This document shows, piece by piece, positions 63,751 through 64,000 of a stretch of 64,000 nt of DNA (positions are counted from its first letter, which is position 1; the number at the start of each line of letters is the position of its first letter). Source of the DNA: Podarcis melisellensis (taxonomy: Eukaryota). The notes under the pieces were generated by a model that was given only the letters and a program-made list of their open reading frames with translations, was not told the origin of the DNA and did no database searches. The stretch lies in assembly GCA_964234715.1 (NCBI GenBank), contig OZ174278.1. One strand, 5' to 3'. A program made the position numbers and the translations under genes.

Positions 63751-64000
63751 CTATCCACAAATGTCAAATTTATAAGCTAAACCACTATTTTAACCAACCA
63801 TTTCCTTCTTTCAATTTATTAAACAAACTAATTTTGCTTCAATATTAAGATCATATTTCAAATTGCATGCTTAAGAATTTGAGATCATGCACTATGCACG
63901 TTACAAAAAATTAGTGCTTCTGGAAAATTCTGGGATTCCTGAAAGTGAGCAATAAAGTTTGTAGACCGATGAATACAAATAGGAGAACATCTACTTACAC

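Noticed and set aside
63993-64000. Minus-strand donor gtaagt at the window edge, possibly the next CASK exon
   Set aside because: Only 2 nt of the putative exon are visible, so it cannot be assigned.

Overview
Vertebrate genomic DNA. The repeat content points to a squamate reptile, probably a lacertid lizard: Bov-B, tRNA/CR1-tailed SINEs, URR1-like hAT MITEs, L2 and TcMar MITEs. The window holds the conserved DDX3X-NYX-CASK block. DDX3X (+) is complete, with a CpG-island/TATA promoter, 17 core coding exons (12709-29848, 672 aa) and a long, partly N-masked 3'UTR. NYX/nyctalopin (+) is complete (35734-41931, 474 aa). The 3' end of CASK (-) covers the guanylate-kinase exons and 3'UTR. Main observations: (1) DDX3X intron 3 holds a splicing module of a 60-nt Tyr/Asn cassette, a 132-nt An3-like RGG cassette and a poison/intronic-polyA block; including the 60-nt exon without the 132-nt exon creates a TGA exactly across the junction. 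(2) Two consecutive GC-AG introns lie in DDX3X. (3) A 27-nt microexon lies in the CASK GK domain. (4) Two Tc1/mariner-type excision footprints (TA->TACAGTA) are visible by comparing repeat copies. (5) Two templated insertions were copied from sites 5 kb and 11.5 kb away. (6) All five N-runs fall inside the DDX3X 3'UTR. All calls are by eye; no searches were run.
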